From positions 1 through 64,000 of the IMG/VR virus record IMGVR_UViG_3300008954_003312: a stretch of DNA of 64,000 nt, one strand, 5' to 3'. Shown here piece after piece: positions 59,471-64,000 of this stretch. The position numbers were made by a program, and so were the translations under genes. Positions within the stretch are counted from its first letter, which is position 1. Each line of letters starts with the position of its first letter. The notes below the pieces were generated by a model. That model did no database searches. It had not been told where the DNA came from and worked only from the letters and a program-made list of their open reading frames with translations. Source of the stretch: a virus.

Positions 59471-62400
59471 ATGAGAATAATACATCTCGCTGATATTCAC
59501 TGGCGCGGACTTTCTAGGCACGAAGAATATCGTGAGTCTTTTTCAAAGTTTTTTAAGATTGCGAGAGAGCTAAATCCAGACGTTATCTATGTTGGCGGTG
59601 ATATTGTTCATAGCAAGACACAGGGAATATCTCCAGAGCTGATAGACAGCCTTTCTTGGTGGTTTTCTGGCATGGCACAGATATGTCCAGTTCATGTTAT
59701 ACTTGGAAACCATGATGGGCTGATTCACAACAAGGGAAGACAGGATGCAATTACACCTATTCTTTCTGCTTTAGACAATTCTAATATCCACCTTTATAAG
59801 GAATCAGGAACGTATCCTACTGGCGTTCCAGGATTTAATTGGTGCGTTTTTTCTTGTTTTGATGAAGCAGGTTGGAGAAATGTATATCCTGTTAATGATG
59901 AAATTAATCTTGCGCTATTTCACGGAGGTGTTCTGGGGTCGAAAACAGATATTAACTGGGACATCGAGGGTGAAGTTACAGTTGATTTTTTTGATAAATA
60001 CGATTTTTCTCTCTTAGGTGACATACATAGACTTCAATATCTAGATGATAGGAAGACAATAGCTTATCCAGGTTCTACAATACAACAAAACTACGGTGAA
60101 GATCCTGGTAAGGGATTTTTATTTTGGGAGATAGAAAGTAAAGATAAGTTTACTAGCAAATTTTATGAAATACCTCATGATAGACCCTTTATTACAGTTG
60201 ACTGGAAGGGTGATTTAAATAAAACATTGCTAAGCGCAAAAAAGTATTCTGACAAAACGAGATTTAGAATCAGATCAGAAAATCCAATTTCTCAAGAAGA
60301 TATACGGTCTCTTCAGAGAGACTTAAAAAGTATTAAAGACGCCACAGAGGTCGTCTTTAAGTGTGAGAGTAGCTTTGATTCTTCTAGAATAAGAATGAAA
60401 AAAGGTGAGATTAAGAAGAGAGATCTCCGTGATGCTGCTACACAAAAAAGATTAATTCGTGAGTACTATCTTAACAATGAAATATCTGATGATATGCTTT
60501 CTGAATTTGATTCACTTGTTGCAAGATACCTTTCTCAAATAGCTGAGACAGATTCTGTGGTTAGAAATACAAGATGGAATATCAATAAATTGAAATTTGA
60601 TAACACGTTTGCATACGGAAATAACAATATTATTAATTTTGATCATCTACCTGGAATAACTGGAATATTTGGAAAGAACGCCAGGGGAAAGTCAGCAATT
60701 GTCGGATCTTTGATGTATGGACTTTTTAATACAACCGATAGAGGGTCTATTAAAAATATTCATATTATAAACAATAGAAAAGATAGCTGCTGTGTAGAGA
60801 CAGAGATTACAGTCAATGGAGATAGGCACAAAGTAGAAAGAAAGACAATAAAGCATCAGACCAGAAAAGGCGAAGTCTATGCTTCTACATCAATGTCTTT
60901 TTTAAGGCTGGGTGCAGAAGGTGAAGCTGATAAAGATCTTTCTGACGAGCAGAGAAGAAAAACAGAAAAAATATTAAAAAGATCAATTGGTTCATCTGAA
61001 GATTTTCTAATGACTGCCTTAGCATCTCAGGGTCAGATGAATACCTTTATTAAAGAAAGGGCAACTTCAAGAAAGATGATTTTATCAAAATTTTTAGACC
61101 TAGAGGTCTTTGATAAGATGCATGAAAAAGCCAAGGAAGATTCATCTGAGCTTAGAAGCCAGATTAGAAATGTTCCTGATATTGACTGGGACGCAAAGAT
61201 AGATGATTTAAAATTTAAATTAATAAATAAGAAAAAAGATATTGAGACAACAAATGAAAGACTGGGCTTAATTAGAGAAAAATTACAGCAGATTAAGATT
61301 GAGCTTGCTGTTTCTGATAATCCAAATGTAGTGACAACATCAGAGATAGAAAGACAAGTGTCCAGCATAGAAGCTCTAAAAGTCAGTCTAGATAGTCTTC
61401 TAGAAGAAAAAGAATTATTATTAAAAGATATTAATGAAAAGAATGGATTAATTTTAAAGATAAGGCTTGCCAAATCTGACTTTTCAATTGAAGACTTTAA
61501 GAAAAAGCTTGAGTTTCACAGAGAGTTAGAGAAGAAAATACTTTCTATAAGCTATGAATATGAAAAAGAAAAGATCACACTAGATGATCAGAAAAAGTCC
61601 ATTAAGATACTTTCTGAAGTCCCGTGCGGAGATCAGTTTCTAAGCTGCAAGTTTATTAAAAATTCTCATAAAAATAAGTCTTTAATAGAAGATCAGAGAA
61701 AAAAAGTTAAGTCCCTAGGGAGTGATCTAAGAAAAAATAGAAGATTTCTAAAAGACATGAATCTAGATGAGATCGAGAAGAGCATGTCTAAGTTTGAAAG
61801 TCTAGAGAAAAAGCAAGTTGAATCATCCCTTCAGGTTTCTAGATTGCGTGTTTTATTGGGAAATAAAGAAAATGAAATAGAGTCTCTTAACAATATGCTA
61901 ATTACAAGCTCAGAAAGACTTGAGGATATGAATGCTAGAGTAGTTGATGATGATTCTAAGGATATATCTTCAAAATTAAAATCAAGAATTGTGACTCTAG
62001 AATCACAAATAGAAAAATTAGATAAAAATAGAACAAGTCAAATTGATAAGATTACCAGAATTAAGGTTGAAATTTCCAGGATAGTAGATCAAAAATCTGA
62101 ATATGAAAAGATAAAAAATCAACTAAAAATTTATGATATGTTTATACAGGCAGTCTCTAAGAAAGGAATTCCTCTACAGATCATGATGTCCCAGCTTCCT
62201 ATCATTAATTCTGAAATTGAAAAGATATTACAGGGTGTTGTTGGATTTACAGTATCTCTTGAGGCTGACGATGAATCAAATTCTATGGATGTCTATATAG
62301 ACTATGGTGATTCTAAGAGAATTATCGAGCTTGCTTCTGGCATGGAAAAAATGATGGCTTCACTTGCCATCCGCGTTGCATTGATTAATGTTTCAACACT

Positions 62401-62608
62401 GCCTAAGACAAACATGCTCATTATTGATGAGGGATTTGGTGCTCTAGATGAAAATAACATAGAGGCTTGTGGTCGTCTTCTTATTTCATTAAAAAAGTGG
62501 TTTAGAAATATTCTAATAATATCACACGTTGATGCTATTAAAGATGTTGTTGATAATTCACTTGATATTATAAAAAAAGAAAAGGACTCCTATGTGATCC
62601 ATGAGTAA
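59471..62608 (+). CDS. Mre11-Rad50 (SbcD-SbcC; gp47-gp46) fusion nuclease/ATPase
   Basis: DIH, GGD, GNHD, FHG, GDIH, YPGS phosphoesterase motifs; Walker A GKNARGKS, Q-loop SQG, long coiled coil, signature ASGMEK, Walker B/D-loop IIDEGFGALD, H-loop ISH; one uninterrupted ORF. Confidence 0.93.
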   Translation: MRIIHLADIHWRGLSRHEEYRESFSKFFKIARELNPDVIYVGGDIVHSKTQGISPELIDSLSWWFSGMAQICPVHVILGNHDGLIHNKGRQDAITPILSALDNSNIHLYKESGTYPTGVPGFNWCVFSCFDEAGWRNVYPVNDEINLALFHGGVLGSKTDINWDIEGEVTVDFFDKYDFSLLGDIHRLQYLDDRKTIAYPGSTIQQNYGEDPGKGFLFWEIESKDKFTSKFYEIPHDRPFITVDWKGDLNKTLLSAKKYSDKTRFRIRSENPISQEDIRSLQRDLKSIKDATEVVFKCESSFDSSRIRMKKGEIKKRDLRDAATQKRLIREYYLNNEISDDMLSEFDSLVARYLSQIAETDSVVRNTRWNINKLKFDNTFAYGNNNIINFDHLPGITGIFGKNARGKSAIVGSLMYGLFNTTDRGSIKNIHIINNRKDSCCVETEITVNGDRHKVERKTIKHQTRKGEVYASTSMSFLRLGAEGEADKDLSDEQRRKTEKILKRSIGSSEDFLMTALASQGQMNTFIKERATSRKMILSKFLDLEVFDKMHEKAKEDSSELRSQIRNVPDIDWDAKIDDLKFKLINKKKDIETTNERLGLIREKLQQIKIELAVSDNPNVVTTSEIERQVSSIEALKVSLDSLLEEKELLLKDINEKNGLILKIRLAKSDFSIEDFKKKLEFHRELEKKILSISYEYEKEKITLDDQKKSIKILSEVPCGDQFLSCKFIKNSHKNKSLIEDQRKKVKSLGSDLRKNRRFLKDMNLDEIEKSMSKFESLEKKQVESSLQVSRLRVLLGNKENEIESLNNMLITSSERLEDMNARVVDDDSKDISSKLKSRIVTLESQIEKLDKNRTSQIDKITRIKVEISRIVDQKSEYEKIKNQLKIYDMFIQAVSKKGIPLQIMMSQLPIINSEIEKILQGVVGFTVSLEADDESNSMDVYIDYGDSKRIIELASGMEKMMASLAIRVALINVSTLPKTNMLIIDEGFGALDENNIEACGRLLISLKKWFRNILIISHVDAIKDVVDNSLDIIKKEKDSYVIHE

Positions 62609-62888
62609 TCATAAAATAGTTGAAGAAAATGAAAGATTTAATATAGTATCTATTTATTTTAAAAATAGAGACGGATTTGTTCCTGTGTTTTGTCCTGTGT
62701 GCAGCTTCTTGATGAGAGGGTCTAGTGATTCTGAATCTTATTTTAAATTTAAATGCTGCTTTGATTGCGGAATGAGGTGGGCACAGTCCAGAAAGAGGGA
62801 ATGGAATGACGGCTGGAGACCCGAAGATGATGAAATTCAACAAGAGATTTCTCAAAGGAAGAAAATTCCGCCAGCATTCCATCTATGA
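62601..62888 (+). CDS. small zinc-finger protein
   Basis: CPVC...CCFDC, W..GWRP; AAGGA RBS. Confidence 0.65.
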   Translation: MSNHKIVEENERFNIVSIYFKNRDGFVPVFCPVCSFLMRGSSDSESYFKFKCCFDCGMRWAQSRKREWNDGWRPEDDEIQQEISQRKKIPPAFHL

Positions 62889-62893
62889 GCGTC

Positions 62894-62902
62894 ATATTTA
62901 AT
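62894..62902 (+). promoter_or_regulatory. candidate late promoter ATATTTAAT for the terminase operon
   Basis: Intergenic; core ends 22 nt before ATG 62923. Confidence 0.5.
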
Positions 62903-62922
62903 ATTACTTTTAGGAGTTATTC

Positions 62923-63303
62923 ATGCTTTCTATTGAAGAAATTAGAGCTATAGGACAAATTTGTGATACAACCTGGGGAAGATATTCGACTGCTTCTTCT
63001 CCGACAATGTCGATTAAAGCGACACTTCAGGGTGATAAATTAACAATTAGATATCTAACAGTCTGTCATCTTGCATCTGAGAGAGAGCTCAGAGGTCAGG
63101 TTGATTCAGTATCAGACGAGTCTATTCAGATTACAAATGACTATATGAAAAATTTGAGAAAAGAATTTAAGAGCATATCCGGTCGAGCGATTAAGACAAA
63201 GAAGGAGTCAACACAGGACAGTATTGAAATGCTGACCACGTCTCCGTACACACCTAGAAAAACAGCGTACTATAGAAGATTTACAACATTTACGATTGAA
63301 TAA
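62923..63303 (+). CDS. hypothetical protein
   Basis: AGGAG RBS, TAATG coupling to the terminase gene. Confidence 0.6.
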   Translation: MLSIEEIRAIGQICDTTWGRYSTASSPTMSIKATLQGDKLTIRYLTVCHLASERELRGQVDSVSDESIQITNDYMKNLRKEFKSISGRAIKTKKESTQDSIEMLTTSPYTPRKTAYYRRFTTFTIE

Positions 63304-64000
63304 TGGCTATAATCAATAAGTCAAATCAGATAAAGGAAATAATAAAGTGTGGAAAAGATCCTACTTATTTTTTTAATAGCTACCTAAGAATTCAACACCC
63401 TGTAAGGGGGCTGATTCCGTTTGACACATATCAGTTTCAAGATGAGTGTGTTGATACATTTATAGAAAATAGATTTTCAATAGTTCTTAAATCCAGGCAG
63501 CTAGGAATGTCAACACTGGCTGCAGCATACGCTGTCTGGCTAGCACTATTTCAAAAAGATAAAAATATTCTCATTATTGCTACTAAGCTTAGTGTGGCAC
63601 AAAACTTTATATCTAAAGTCAAGATAATGATACGAAGCCTTCCAGCCTGGCTTGTCCTACCTCAGATTGTAACAAACAATAAACAGCTTTTAGAATTTAG
63701 TCATGGATCTTCAATCAAGGCTGTTCCAACTTCAGAAGATGCAGGTAGGTCAGAAGCACTTTCACTTTTGATTATTGATGAGGCAGCGTTTGTTCGTAAT
63801 TTTGATGAACTGTGGATGGGACTCTATCCTACAATCTCAACAGGTGGACGAGTTATTATATTGTCTACGCCTAACGGTGTAGGTGGGCAGTATTATAAGC
63901 TTTATACAGATGCTGAAGCAGGATTAAATGAGTTTAAGTCAATTAAGATACCATGGGACGCTCACCCAGAACGAGATCAAGACTGGTTTGATAAGACAAC
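63303..64000 (+). CDS. terL: terminase large subunit, T4 gp17-like (5' part; runs off the window)
   Basis: Translated by hand, absent from the ORF track: KCGKDP.YF, YQFQ, KSRQLGMST (Walker A), LIIDEAAF (Walker B), LSTPNG (motif III), W.AHP.RD. Confidence 0.93.
   Translation, partial: MAIINKSNQIKEIIKCGKDPTYFFNSYLRIQHPVRGLIPFDTYQFQDECVDTFIENRFSIVLKSRQLGMSTLAAAYAVWLALFQKDKNILIIATKLSVAQNFISKVKIMIRSLPAWLVLPQIVTNNKQLLEFSHGSSIKAVPTSEDAGRSEALSLLIIDEAAFVRNFDELWMGLYPTISTGGRVIILSTPNGVGGQYYKLYTDAEAGLNEFKSIKIPWDAHPERDQDWFDKT

Noticed and set aside
1830-62882. Minus-strand and nested short ORFs in the track (e.g. 23869-24309, 53279-53734, 61033-61473, 41315-41620)
   Set aside because: All lie within well-supported + strand genes and show no motifs; they are shadow ORFs.
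1-64000. Eukaryotic giant virus (NCLDV) with a glycosylation cluster
   Set aside because: Shine-Dalgarno sites, operon-like overlaps, DnaG-type primase, sigma-like factor and T4-type terminase/baseplate point to a prokaryotic tailed virus.
1-64000. Stop-codon reassignment as seen in some large phages
   Set aside because: Code 11 gives near-complete coding density; TAG, TGA and TAA all end genes directly before the next start.
1-64000. tRNA/rRNA genes, introns, inteins, IS elements, DGR repeats, rho-independent terminators
   Set aside because: Intergenic gaps are at most about 110 nt and AT-rich with no cloverleaf or GC hairpin plus U-tract; no transposase, reverse transcriptase, homing endonuclease or intein motifs were recognised by eye.

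Overview
This 64 kb window is a fragment of a large, AT-rich tailed dsDNA phage (contractile-tail, T4-like/jumbo type). Every credible gene lies on the + strand, tightly packed with ATGA/TAATG overlaps and AGGAG-type Shine-Dalgarno sites. It has three blocks. (1) 1-28 kb is a very large glycan-building locus: at least 8 glycosyltransferases (GT2 and GT4), three NDP-sugar epimerases, a nonulosonic-acid (pseudaminic-acid-like) pathway (PseB, class-III aminotransferase, PseH-like GNAT, NeuB/PseI synthase, SpsF/PseF-like cytidylyltransferase, formyltransferase, PIG-L deacetylase), and tailoring enzymes (carbamoyltransferase, sulfotransferase, two methyltransferases, 2OG-Fe(II) dioxygenase, radical SAM/SPASM, polysaccharide deacetylase). 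No flippase, polymerase or exporter is visible. (2) 28-58 kb holds a gp55-like late sigma factor and baseplate/tail genes (gp5-, gp25-, gp6/J-like, LamG and FN3 proteins). (3) 58-64 kb holds a RuvC-like resolvase, primase, a single-chain Mre11-Rad50 (SbcD-SbcC) fusion and the 5' part of the large terminase. Leading hypothesis (inference): a phage-encoded cytoplasmic virion-glycosylation system. A subset of the tail/baseplate proteins is strongly enriched in a recurring [S/T]-G-S tripeptide that could be the acceptor sequon. A candidate late-promoter motif, ATATTTA, recurs in the few intergenic gaps. All functional calls come from motif recognition by eye, not database searches.
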